A stretch of 64,000 nucleotides of DNA from Acidobacteriota bacterium (lineage in GTDB: Bacteria > Acidobacteriota > UBA6911 > RPQK01 > JAJDTT01). The stretch spans positions 128,001 through 192,000 of the forward strand of contig OZ253580.1 in the NCBI GenBank assembly GCA_965263035.1, read 5' to 3'. The translations under genes and the position numbers were made by a program. Below the pieces are notes generated by a model. The model saw only the letters and a list, made by a program, of their open reading frames with translations. It searched no databases and had not been told where the DNA came from. Positions within the stretch are counted from its first letter, which is position 1. Each line of letters opens with the position of its first letter. Of the stretch, positions 31,195 through 42,241 are shown piece after piece.

Positions 31195-32730
31195 GTGATC
31201 AACCAAAACACAGAGGCTGCGTGGGAATATCACAACGCCACCAAGCATTCGCCGTCGAGTGTCCGGGCCAATACACACCGTATGGATTGGTCCATCAAAC
31301 CCCTTCCGTTCAAGATTTACCCCAAACTGGAGCCGATCCGGCTGGATCCGTCGATTGCCGGAACCGAAGTTCCGGCTCTTGTGGCCCTGTCGGCCACCGA
31401 GGTCGACTCGGAAACCGAAGCCGCTCCGAACCTCGAGCAGCTGGGGCAGTTGCTGTACCTTTCGGCGGGTGTCACTAAGAAAGTCGATTATCCGGGCGGG
31501 ACCCAGTACTTCCGTGCCGCATCCTGCACGGGCGCACTCTATGAGTTCGAGTTGTACATCGTATGCGGCGATCTCAATGGGCTCGACGCAGGCGTTTACC
31601 ACTTCGGTCCAGGCGACTTGAGCCTTCGCCGACTGCGCGAAGGCGATTATCGGGGTGTGCTGGCCGGGGCAGCCGGAAATAATCCGGCCATCGCCGGCGC
31701 TGCTGCGGTCCTCATCTGCACCGGCACTTACTGGCGGAACGCCTGGAAGTATCAGGCTCGAACGTACCGTCATTTTGGCTGGGATAACGGCACGATTGTT
31801 GCGAACACGCTGGCCGTTGCCGAGGCTCTCGGTCTCCCGGCGCAAGTGACGTGTGGTTTCATCGACGCTGATGTCAATCGTCTGCTCGACCTCGACACGG
31901 AACACGAGGTGGCGTTTTCGATGATTCCGCTGGGGAGTCAATCCGTTTCCCAACCAGCGTCTCCAAAGCACATTCCACCACTGAATCTTGAGACGGTACC
32001 GCTTTCAGAGAGCGAAGCGCAATACCCCCAGATGACCCGGATGCACGAGGCGTCGTCGCTCGGGAGTATTGAGGAGGTCGTGGCCTGGAGCGGACACACG
32101 CCGGTCGGCTCGGGACCGTCCTTAATAAACGGAACTATTTCTCTCTTGCCGCCGCCTGACAGTCAGATATCCAAAGACAGCATCGAGACAGTGGTCCTGC
32201 GACGTGGATCAACACGGCAGTTCGACCGGGTGTCGATAGAGGCCAAGCAGTTAGGGACAATGCTCCACTGTGCGACGCGGGGCATTCGGGCGGACTTTCT
32301 CTCTCGCTTCGGTTCGTTCCTGAACGACGTTTATCTGATCGTGAACGCCGTGGACGGAATCAAACCCGGCGCGTATGTGTACCATCATGAAGAGAACAAG
32401 CTGGAGCTTTTGAAGGAAGGGGATTTCCGTGGCGTGGCCTCACACCTGGGGTTGGACCAATCGCTTCCCGGCGACGCCAGTATCGCCGTCTTCTTTTTGG
32501 CGGACCTCGCCCCAATTCTCCGGCGGTTTGGAAACCGCGGATACCGTGCTGTGCAGCTTGAAGCCGGGATCCTCGGTGGGAAACTCTACCTGGGGGCCTA
32601 CGCCCAGCGTCTCGGCGCGACGGGACTCACCTTCTACGACGACGAAGTCATCGAGTTCTTCTCACCCCACGCCGCCGGCAAGAGTGCAATCTTCTTGATG
32701 GCGCTGGGCAAGAGCGTCAAGCGCGGTTAG
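31195..32730 (+). CDS. SagB/ThcOx-family dehydrogenase (tandem nitroreductase domains)
   Basis: YHNATKHS, FRAASCTGALYEFELY, WKYQARTYRH, RRGSTRQF, RGYRAVQLEAG, GLTFYDDEV. Confidence 0.85.
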   Translation: MINQNTEAAWEYHNATKHSPSSVRANTHRMDWSIKPLPFKIYPKLEPIRLDPSIAGTEVPALVALSATEVDSETEAAPNLEQLGQLLYLSAGVTKKVDYPGGTQYFRAASCTGALYEFELYIVCGDLNGLDAGVYHFGPGDLSLRRLREGDYRGVLAGAAGNNPAIAGAAAVLICTGTYWRNAWKYQARTYRHFGWDNGTIVANTLAVAEALGLPAQVTCGFIDADVNRLLDLDTEHEVAFSMIPLGSQSVSQPASPKHIPPLNLETVPLSESEAQYPQMTRMHEASSLGSIEEVVAWSGHTPVGSGPSLINGTISLLPPPDSQISKDSIETVVLRRGSTRQFDRVSIEAKQLGTMLHCATRGIRADFLSRFGSFLNDVYLIVNAVDGIKPGAYVYHHEENKLELLKEGDFRGVASHLGLDQSLPGDASIAVFFLADLAPILRRFGNRGYRAVQLEAGILGGKLYLGAYAQRLGATGLTFYDDEVIEFFSPHAAGKSAIFLMALGKSVKRG

Positions 32731-32782
32731 TTCGAGCAATACGAAAGGTCGTTCAAATCTTCCGCCACGCCGGACGGCGGAC

Positions 32783-33082
32783 TTGAACATCCTGAAGGCC
32801 CTGAAGCGCTCCACCCTGGGCCTGGACCTGTACATGTGGATCTCCTACCGGACCTTCATCTTGAAGAAGCCGGTGATGTTGCGCTGGCGTGATCTCTACC
32901 GCCAGTTCGGGGCGCACCCGTCCCAAGCGCGCGACAAGCGCACTGTCGATGCCTTTCGCACGAAGTGTCTCCGAGAGCTAAAGAAGATTGAGGAGGCGTG
33001 GACGGGCTTGAACTACGGGCTGGCGAGGGGTGTCCTCATTGTCGAGCCATCAACCCCGTCAATTCCCTCCCTCACCCAATAG
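32783..33082 (+). pseudogene. C-terminal fragment of a plasmid-type replication initiator (RepA_C-like)
   Basis: LKALKRSTLGLDLYMWISYRTF..LRWRDLYRQFG..FR..LRELKKI..W..PS..P. Confidence 0.65.
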
Positions 33083-33164
33083 GCTACGCACATTTTCCAC
33101 AGCACCTAGAAACTTTTCCACGGACAAACGGGTAGACTTCTTACAAGTAGTTAAGAGCATCTAG

Positions 33165-33323
33165 GAGCCTGCACTGCAGAAATCGATCTACTGCGAAAGC
33201 GGTAGAATCGGTCCATATTTCCCCGATTTCTCGGCGAATAGAACAACTATGCACCTCCAAATCGAGAAAATCTGGCCTCGATTCCCCACTTTCTCGCTAC
33301 GATCATTTCTACCGCGCAGACTC
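33165..33323 (+). mobile_element. MITE family 1, copy C
   Basis: CTAG on both sides; shares its right CTAG with IS630. Confidence 0.9.
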
Positions 33324-33326
33324 CTA

Positions 33327-34545
33327 GTACCTAATAACACTTAAAGTTTCGGGTACAGGCTCTTCAGCTTGATCCGTGCATCCTCCGTCTTGAATTGCCA
33401 GTTGATCTCGGTTTGCCGTTGATTCCGATCGCCGACCCACGCCTCGATCTCGCGTTGCATCTGGGCCTAGCTTGGAATGCGGCGGTCGAGGCATTGTCCG
33501 CACAGCGTGCTCAGTTCGATTTCCGCAATGTTGAGCCAACTCCCGTGCTTCGGCGTGTAATGGATTTCGAGTCGTTCCGCCAGTTGGCGAGCGTGTCGGG
33601 GCTCGTAGGTCGCGTACAGCGATTCGATTCCGTGCGTGTTCAGGTTGTCCATGACCAGGACCACCCGCTCGGCCTCCGGATATCGCCTCTCCAGCATGCC
33701 TTCGATCCAGCGGGCCCAATCCTGGCGCGTACGCCGCTCGCCCGCCTCCACATGGCTGCGGCCGGTCAGCGGCTCCACCTCCAGGAAGATCTGCGCGACC
33801 CCGTTGCGCACGTACTCGTGCTCGATCCGCTCCGGCTGGCCCGGCTCCACGGGCAGCGGCTCCCGCACTTCGCCGATCAACTGCTTGTGGGTCTCATCCA
33901 TGCAGACCACCGGCCGACGGGGATGGTAGGCACGGGCATAGACTTCCAAAACGTCCTCCATGCAGGCTACGAATGCGGCGCTGCCCCGCGGCGGGATCCG
34001 CCAATACTTCTTCCGATGAGGCTGCAGTTGGTTTTTTTTAGCGTCCGCTGCACCGTCATCACCGACACCCGCTCGACCCAGCCCAGTTCCACTACTTTCT
34101 CCGCCAGCAGGCGCAGGGTCCAGCGCTTCCGCCCCGGCGGGGCCTGGGAACAGGCCAAGGCGACCAAGCGAGCCTCGAACACGCCGTCGAAGATGACTTC
34201 CCGCGGCGGCCGCACCCGCCGCTTGCGCTCCAAGGCGAACTCCAGACCCTGCTCCACAAACCGCCGTTTCAAGCGCTCGACCGTGCGGACTGAGACGCCC
34301 AGCGCCTCGGCCACCCGGGCCACGGTCCATCCCGGCCCCTCCGACCCGCGGTCGCACAACAATAGAGCCCGTGCGTACAGGAACCGCTTGCCGGTGGTCT
34401 TGGTCGCGGCCCGGGTCAATGCCTTCAATTCCGAGCGCTCTTCCACAGTGAGCGTGACACGATAGCGTGGTGCCATGAGAACCCCTCCTTCCGAGTTCTC
34501 CAGCCTCCTACTATAGTATACGACCAATTACATGTTATGGGGTAC
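33327..34545 (-). mobile_element. IS630-family element with programmed frameshift and a premature stop
   Basis: TIRs GTACCTAATAACA / TGTTATGGGGTAC with TA flanks. orfA starts at 34476, A8 slip site at 34032-34039, VVCMDE, VMDNLNTH, PKHGSWLNIAEIE. In-frame TAG at 33467 precedes the natural YPKL* end at 33341. Confidence 0.9.
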
Positions 34546-34609
34546 TAGTTAGTTACAAGTAATCGGAGCGGGGTCGCTTTTTGAGCGAGCCAATAGGGCA
34601 GGTCGTTAA

Positions 34610-34711
34610 TCCCGGACCCTTGCCGCCCTTCAGGACACGCTGCTCCCCAGGGTCATGTCCGGCGAAATCCGCTTGGCCGAGGCCGAACAGGCGATGGAGG
34701 CTGAGGCATGA
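34610..34711 (+). pseudogene. hsdS: C-terminal remnant of a type I R-M specificity subunit
   Basis: RTLAALQDTLLPRVMSGEIRLAEAE* is the typical HsdS tail; ATGA overlap with the next gene. Confidence 0.7.
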
Positions 34712-35538
34712 GGTCTCTGACGGACATTGAGAAGCGCTATTTCGAGAAGCTGTTCGGCATGGGTAGCGGCTATGTGCTCGATTTCTCCGACGCCACTTTT
34801 GGCGAGTTCTTCGGACGGCACAACGTCGATATCCACGGGCGCAAGTATCAGACCTTCGGAACATCCAAGGCGAAGAAGCTTCGCGCCTTTTGGGGATCGG
34901 AACCCGATCGGCTGGTTGGAGCCGTGCTCTCTGAGATGCTGGATTCCTATGTGGCCGACTGCGAGCTCAATGGCAGGGACATGGACGGAGCTTTGCTGGA
35001 GAAAGCGCGTGGCATCGTTGGCCGCATAACCGGTCGATCTGTCGTCCTCAACTCTGCCATGAAGGAAAGAGAGTTCTTGGACCGCGAGTTCACTATTCCA
35101 AGCATCCAGAAGTTGCCGGTCGACGTGCAGGTCGCACCGATCGTCGAAGCGCGGCTCAACGAGGCCCGCGTAGCGCTTGGCGCCGGTGCCCATCTGTCTG
35201 TGATTTTCCTGTGCGGTAGCGTTCTGGAAGCCGTGCTGCTTGGCGCGGCTCAGCAGGCCCCAGCAAGCTTCAATCAGGCGAGTGCGGCGCCGAAAACGGC
35301 GAATGGATCGCCGAAACGCTTTCACGAATGGGGCCTCGCCCAGCTGATCGACGTCGCGTGCGAGGTCGGCGTCCTGAAGCTCGACATCAAGAAGTTCAGT
35401 CACGGGTTGCGAGACTTCCGAAACTACATCCACCCTTATCAGCAATTGATCTCGGGGTTTACGCCGGACGAACACACCGCCAAGGTCTACTTCCAGGTTC
35501 TCAAAGCGGCGTTGGCAAGCCTGACAGGAGAGCGCTAA
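34708..35538 (+). CDS. Putative abortive-infection protein: AbiJ-like N-terminal domain plus HEPN-like C-terminal domain
   Basis: EKLFGMGSGYVLDFSDATFGEFF..GTSKAKKLRAFW; C-terminal GSVLEAVL..LRDFRNYIHP. Confidence 0.65.
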   Translation: MRSLTDIEKRYFEKLFGMGSGYVLDFSDATFGEFFGRHNVDIHGRKYQTFGTSKAKKLRAFWGSEPDRLVGAVLSEMLDSYVADCELNGRDMDGALLEKARGIVGRITGRSVVLNSAMKEREFLDREFTIPSIQKLPVDVQVAPIVEARLNEARVALGAGAHLSVIFLCGSVLEAVLLGAAQQAPASFNQASAAPKTANGSPKRFHEWGLAQLIDVACEVGVLKLDIKKFSHGLRDFRNYIHPYQQLISGFTPDEHTAKVYFQVLKAALASLTGER

Positions 35539-35610
35539 TGATCCGCGTCCCCGTAAACCCTGGCCTTCTCCGTTGGGCGCGCGAGCGCTCCCGGATCGCG
35601 CATGAATACT
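35538..35610 (+). pseudogene. N-terminal stub of an XRE-HTH/ImmA-IrrE-like gene
   Basis: MIRVPVNPGLLRWARERS, TAATG-coupled to the upstream gene, then loses similarity. Confidence 0.5.
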
Positions 35611-35788
35611 TGGAGGACACCATCGTTGCGTGCGATCAATCCTTGTCAGTAGCCGGCTTGGGGTGGCAGCGTCCGGAGGTTCCGTAATGTCCCGGCTTCG
35701 CCGCCCAGACAGCGCTGGAAAAGCCTGGGAAATCTGGGGGTCAGGAGCGTAATCTAGGGTACGATAAAGTGCAATTATCGTGCTCTAG

Positions 35789-35947
35789 GAGTCTGCGCGG
35801 TAGGAATGATCGTAGCGAGAAAGCGGGGAATCGAGGCCAGATTTTCTCGATTTTGAGGTGCATAGTCGTTCTATTCGCCGAGAAATCGGGGAAATATGGA
35901 CCGATTCTACCGCTTTCGCAGTAGATCAATTTCTGCCGCGCAGGCTC
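35789..35947 (-). mobile_element. MITE family 1, copy D
   Basis: Reverse-complement copy with CTAG on both sides. Confidence 0.9.
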
Positions 35948-35952
35948 CTAGT

Positions 35953-36225
35953 ATGACCGATCAGAAGATCGCCCTCAAAACCCCGGCCGCGGCGGCCGAA
36001 ACCGACCTCCAGACGGCCTTCCCGGCTCTGCTCGTGCGCGCCGGCCGGGCCGCCTGCTTTGCGGCCGATGAGTTCTTCTCCGCTCAGATCTCGAACCCAC
36101 ACACCCGGCGAGCCTACGCCCGGGCCGTCAGTGAGTTTTTGGCCTGGTGCGAGGCCCAGGGACTCGAGCTGCGGCAAGTCACGCCCGGAACCGCCGGCCG
36201 TTTCATCGACCGTGAGAAAACCTGA
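35953..36225 (+). pseudogene. N-terminal (SAM-like) fragment of a tyrosine recombinase
   Basis: AADEFFSAQISNPHTRRAYARAVSEFLAWCE; truncated at the groEL terminator. Confidence 0.7.
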
Positions 36226-36229
36226 AGAC

Positions 36230-36261
36230 AAAAAAAGAGGGATCCGGCCGGACCCCTCTTT
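36230..36261 (-). terminator. Rho-independent terminator of groESL
   Basis: AAAGAGGGATCC-GGCC-GGACCCCTCTTT stem followed by a T-run on the minus strand. Confidence 0.8.
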
Positions 36262-36289
36262 CTGATATCGCAGGGATGGCTTCCCCGGC

Positions 36290-37948
<1,659 letters not shown>

Positions 37949-37995
37949 CTAAAGAATTGTGGGGATCGTTGCTGTTTGCGGCGATACGGGCCGGA

Positions 37996-38307
37996 TCAGG
38001 CACTGGCGGCGGCCGCCTTGCCTTCCAGGATGCCCAGGACTTCGTCCTCGCGCATGATCAGGTATTCCTCGTCGTCGAGGGTGACCTCGGTTCCGGCGTA
38101 CTTCCCGAACAGGATCCGGTCGCCGACCTTGACCGACATGGGCTGAAGCTGGCCGCTGTCGAGCACCTTGCCGTCACCGATCGCTACCACCTCACCCTCC
38201 TGGGGCTTCTCCTTCGCCGTATCGGGAATCACGATGCTCCCGCGGAATGCTTCTTCCGACTCGATGCGTCTGATCAGTATCCGGTCCTGCAATGGCCTGA
38301 TTGACAT
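37996..38307 (-). CDS. groES: Co-chaperonin GroES
   Basis: IRPLQDRILI, IPDTAKEKPQEGEVVAIG, VKVGDRILFGKYAGTEV. Confidence 0.98.
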   Translation of the reverse strand: MSIRPLQDRILIRRIESEEAFRGSIVIPDTAKEKPQEGEVVAIGDGKVLDSGQLQPMSVKVGDRILFGKYAGTEVTLDDEEYLIMREDEVLGILEGKAAAASA

Positions 38308-38384
38308 CAGTACCCTCCTCTTCAATCGTGTATCGCTGTTTTCAGGTTCCAGACCTCAAACCGCTCGAGGTCTGATTTCTCTGG

Positions 38385-38441
38385 CTGGCACTACCTCTAG
38401 TAGAGTGCCAAATTATAGGACCCCAACCCGCGCCAAGTCAA
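38385..38441 (-). promoter_or_regulatory. Sigma70 promoter with CIRCE (HrcA) operator for groESL
   Basis: TTGACT-18 nt-TATAAT followed directly by TTGGCACTC-N9-TAGTGCCAG (38385-38411). Confidence 0.85.
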
Positions 38442-38649
38442 GGAAGGCCGACTGCAGCGAGCCCCGCTGGCCGGGACCCGGGTGCTGGAGGTGCCTTCGC
38501 TAAGTCCTCAGCAGGCCTCCCTGTGGAAGAACGAGGCGCTACGGTCGCTGCTTCGTGAGATCGGAACTCAATGACCGTGGCTTCTCCTCTCTGAGGGGGA
38601 GTGACCCGCCCCGGCCATCCGGGCACGGGATCCTCAAAGAGGCAGTGTA

Positions 38650-38919
38650 TCAGCCGTCCAGGATGTCTCTTGACGTCTTGCCAGTTGGTGGTTTGTCCGC
38701 CGGCGTTATGAACTCCGGAGGAGTAGACAGGGGGTTGCCCGGTGACCAGAGTTCCAGGCTTTCGGCATGCGCCTCATAGTAGGCCGGATCGGTCGCCACC
38801 CGGACGGGTTCGTTCATGCCCAGTTTGAGCACACTGTATTCGCACTTCCCCTGCGGTTGGACCTCGAAGCCGGGCGGCATGAGATCGGGCGATCCGATCA
38901 CCCGGTCGAGGTCCTCCAT
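38650..38919 (-). pseudogene. C-terminal gene fragment, possibly of an SNF2 helicase from a defence locus
   Basis: EYSVL..GMNEPVRVATDPAYYEAHAESLELWSPGNPL recalled from helicase C-termini; not verified. Confidence 0.35.
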
Positions 38920-38946
38920 AGTTCAGCTTCTGCGTGTTCTTGCTAG

Positions 38947-39055
38947 GAGGCTGTCCGAGAACTCGAAAAATCATAGTTTTTGAAAACTTAACCCTTTATA
39001 AATCAATAGTTTACAAACAAGACTTTTTGAAAATAGTCTATTCTCGGACAGCCTC
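38947..39055. mobile_element. MITE family 2 (109 bp) with IS1182 TIRs
   Basis: GAGGCTGTCCGAGAA / TTCTCGGACAGCCTC, CTAG on both sides, AT-rich interior with IHF consensus AATCAATAGTTTA at 39001-39013. Confidence 0.9.
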
Positions 39056-39370
39056 CTAGTGCGATGGTCTCAGCACATTGGGAATGTTGGTCCCGTTCAT
39101 TTCTCCTGCCTAGATAGGTCGGCCCGTACTGGATTGTACTTGGCCTATAGTTGAAGGCCTATCCTGCGATCGATTCGGTTCATTCACGCCCCCGACATTC
39201 ATCTGAATAGCCTCTGAGGGGCCCACCGGGTCAGGAGATCAGGGCGCGTGCCGACTCCATCGGTCCTGAATCCGATAGAACGTGAATGGGTCCACACCGA
39301 AGAAGTTTTGTTTCTCATCAGCGTTGAACCCGGGCACCGGATCCTGACGCTGGTCGGGAAGTAGGACGTG

Positions 39371-39899
39371 AAGGGCCGGCGATTTCCCGCATCCTGGCGT
39401 TTCGAGGCGGATGTGTGCGTGCCGGACGTGGACGGGCTTCGGATTCCACTATGGGATTCAGTCTGCCTGTTGACGTGTGCCGTTGATCCGGCCCGTCCCT
39501 GGAAGGGCATGGGACCCTTGGAGATTGCGGATCAAACCGGGTCCCTGGGCGGCGACTTGGCCCTAGTGGAGACGACGGCGGCGGGCTTTGGGGAGGGCCG
39601 GGGCACGGTACCTCAGAAGGACTGGATACCGCCCCGGCTAGGACCGGAACTACCGGAGGGATTTTGTATGCTTCGAGAGGACCTGAGCCGGTCGGTCCTG
39701 GCGGCGTGCGGAACTCCTCCGAGTTTGTTTCTCGATGCAGGCGGGACACCTTAAAGGGAGGCAATGAGGCGCTGGCTACGTCTGGACTTCTGGCAGGTGG
39801 GTAGCCGAGCGCTCGACATCACTTCTGATATTAAAAGTGATGATATTTTTCCTGCAATCCTAAAATATTATTCATTTCTAGTAATTTAGAAACATGGAT
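39371..39899. repeat. tRNA-Ser(CGA)-adjacent conserved segment (uninterrupted copy)
   Basis: Homologous to 15714-16119 plus 18058-18315; single empty CTAG at 39638-39641. Confidence 0.9.
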
Positions 39900-39995
39900 T
39901 GGCGGAGGAGGTGGGATTCGAACCCACGTGCCCGGCTCATCACCGGACAACCCGATTTCGAGTCGGGCCCGGTACGTCCACTTCGGTACTCCTCC
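39900..39995 (-). tRNA. tRNA-Ser(CGA)
   Basis: CCCGA-CTCGAAA-TCGGG anticodon arm, long variable arm, GGTTCGAATCC..CTCCGCCA. Confidence 0.95.
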
Positions 39996-40191
39996 GCCGC
40001 TCATTAGAGCCAATCCGGCGGCTCCAAGTCAAGGAATTGGACCCCACCCGAGCGGCAGTCCAGCTCGCTCCCGCCGCGGTTGGGGAGTGGTATAGTAGGG
40101 AGCGTCCAGAGACCCTCGGCGGCGGGATCCACCCGGATTCCGGCCCTCGAAACGGGACTCCGGCCTCCTCTCCGAGACGGCGGGTTCATTC

Positions 40192-41835
40192 ATGAGCTAC
40201 GTGGTTCTGGCACGGAAATGGCGCCCTCAGACCTTCGATGAGATCGCGGGCCAGGAAACGGTCACCCGGGCGCTCAGGAACTCCCTCCGTAGTGGCCGCA
40301 TCGCCCATGCCTTCCTCTTTTCGGGAGTGCGGGGAGTGGGAAAGACCACCACGGCCCGGATCCTGGCCAAAGCCCTCAACTGCGAGAAGGGACCCACCGA
40401 CGAGCCTTGCTCCAAATGCGTTTCCTGCACCGAGATCGCCGCGGCCAACAGCCTGGACGTTCTGGAGATCGACGCTGCCTCCAACACCGGCGTGGACAAC
40501 ATTCGGGAACTGCGCGAGAGCGCCCGCTACACACCGGCCCGGGACCGCTTCAAGATCTACATCATCGATGAGGTCCACATGCTCTCCAACGCGGCCTTCA
40601 ACGCCTTGCTCAAGACCCTGGAGGAGCCGCCGGCTCATGTGAAGTTCATCCTGGCCACGACGGAGCACGCCAAGATCCCCGTCACCATCACCTCCCGCTG
40701 CCAGGAATACGCCCTCAAACCCATCCCCTTCGTTCTGATCCTGGAGCACCTGAAACGGATCTGTGCCAGCGAGGAGATCGAGATCAGCGACTACGGCCTG
40801 AGGGCCGTCTCCTCGGCCGCCGAGGGCAGCATGCGCGACGGTCAGTCGATTCTGGAGCAGCTCACCTCCCTTTCCGGGAAACAAGTTTCCGACGAGGACG
40901 TTCGCGTGCTGCTGGGAGTGGTCGACGAGAAACTCGTGGCCGGGCTGGTGGACTGCATTCAAGAGCGAGACGCCCCGGCCCTGCTGCAGCGGATGCAGGA
41001 TGCCGTCGAGTCCGGGATCGATCCACGGAATCTGGCGGGCCGGATGTTGGCCCACGTCCGAAACCTCATGGTCTTTCAGGTCAGTGGTTGGGAAGAACGA
41101 CTGCTCCAGCTCCCCGACAGCCAGAAGGAGGTGGTGACTCGGCAGGCAGCGGGTTTTTCGACTCCCGACCTGATCCGGTTCTTCGACGTTCTCACCCGAT
41201 GCGAGGGAGAGATGCGGTGGCACCCCAATCCAGGGCTCCACCTGGAAATGGCCTTCATGAAGCTCATCGAGCTGGCCGGACTCCCCCGGCTGGAGAGCGT
41301 CCTGGAGCAACTCGAATCGGGACGTTTCCAGGCGGTCGCAAGCACACCCGATAAACCTCCGGAGAACCCGGCTCTGTTTGCGAGCCGCCCCACTTCCCCC
41401 AGATCTACCGGCACGGTGAATCGCCCGCCGGGGCCCGCCCGGCCCGTCTCCGCACCCGCCCCCGAACCGGCCCGGTCCGAACCTGTCCAACACCGGCAGG
41501 GGTTCCGGGAACGGCTCCTGGCCGCGGTCCAGGACAGGGCGCCGGGACTCTACTCATCGTTGCTGCACTCCACGGACAGCCAGGTTCAGGACGGAAATCT
41601 GATCGTCGTCTTCCCCGCCTCCGAGCAGGTCCTTGCCGGCGTGGTGCAGGACAAGGCACAGCTCCTCGGCGAGCTCTCGGAACAACTGACAGGATCCCCC
41701 TGTAAGCTTCAGATCCGGTTCGAAGACACCCAGCCGGCGAGGAAGGATGAGGAAGAGGACCCCATGGAGAACCCCAAGGTCAAGGCCTTTCTGAAGCGGT
41801 TTCCGGGCAAGGTGATCGTGGAACGCGGCCCCTAG
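40192..41835 (+). CDS. dnaX: DNA polymerase III subunit gamma/tau
   Basis: LARKWRPQTF, GVRGVGKTT, EIDAASN, IIDEVHML, SRC. Confidence 0.97.
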   Translation: MSYVVLARKWRPQTFDEIAGQETVTRALRNSLRSGRIAHAFLFSGVRGVGKTTTARILAKALNCEKGPTDEPCSKCVSCTEIAAANSLDVLEIDAASNTGVDNIRELRESARYTPARDRFKIYIIDEVHMLSNAAFNALLKTLEEPPAHVKFILATTEHAKIPVTITSRCQEYALKPIPFVLILEHLKRICASEEIEISDYGLRAVSSAAEGSMRDGQSILEQLTSLSGKQVSDEDVRVLLGVVDEKLVAGLVDCIQERDAPALLQRMQDAVESGIDPRNLAGRMLAHVRNLMVFQVSGWEERLLQLPDSQKEVVTRQAAGFSTPDLIRFFDVLTRCEGEMRWHPNPGLHLEMAFMKLIELAGLPRLESVLEQLESGRFQAVASTPDKPPENPALFASRPTSPRSTGTVNRPPGPARPVSAPAPEPARSEPVQHRQGFRERLLAAVQDRAPGLYSSLLHSTDSQVQDGNLIVVFPASEQVLAGVVQDKAQLLGELSEQLTGSPCKLQIRFEDTQPARKDEEEDPMENPKVKAFLKRFPGKVIVERGP

Positions 41836-41912
41836 GAATCCGCATGTAATCTGGTCGGGGATGCGCTCGGTCCAATCCCTTGGCGCTTCGATTCGCCGGC
41901 TCACAGGAGTGA

Positions 41913-42218
41913 ATGCGCATGAAGATGCGAAGAAAGAACATCAAGGGCCTGATGAGACAGGCTCAGCAGATGCAGGAGCAGTTGCAGCAACAGATGCTTC
42001 AGACCCGCGTGGAGGCCACCAGTGGCGGCGGCGCCGTCCACGTCGTCATGGACGGATCCAAGAAGATGCACTCCATCCGCATCGATCCGGATGCCGTGGA
42101 CCCGGATGACGTGGAGATGCTGCAGGATCTAGTCCTGGCTGCCGTCAACGAAGCGGGACGCAAGGTCGATGAGATGATGAGTTCCCAGGTCAGCAGTCTG
42201 ACCGGCGGAATTCTTTGA
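41913..42218 (+). CDS. ybaB: YbaB/EbfC nucleoid-associated protein
   Basis: AQQMQE..SGGGAV..DVEMLQDLVLAAVNEA; lies between dnaX and recR. Confidence 0.95.
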   Translation: MRMKMRRKNIKGLMRQAQQMQEQLQQQMLQTRVEATSGGGAVHVVMDGSKKMHSIRIDPDAVDPDDVEMLQDLVLAAVNEAGRKVDEMMSSQVSSLTGGIL

Positions 42219-42241
42219 CCCGCATCTCACTGGGAGAAGCC

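Noticed and set aside
39994-40002. Putative 22-nt spacer targeting the tRNA-Ser(CGA) 5' boundary (CCGCCGCTC)
   Set aside because: Only a 9-nt GC-rich match, which is expected by chance in this sequence.
40000-40190. SRP RNA (ffs) upstream of dnaX
   Set aside because: The conserved helix-8 motif (CAGG..GGAA..AGCAG) was not found on either strand.
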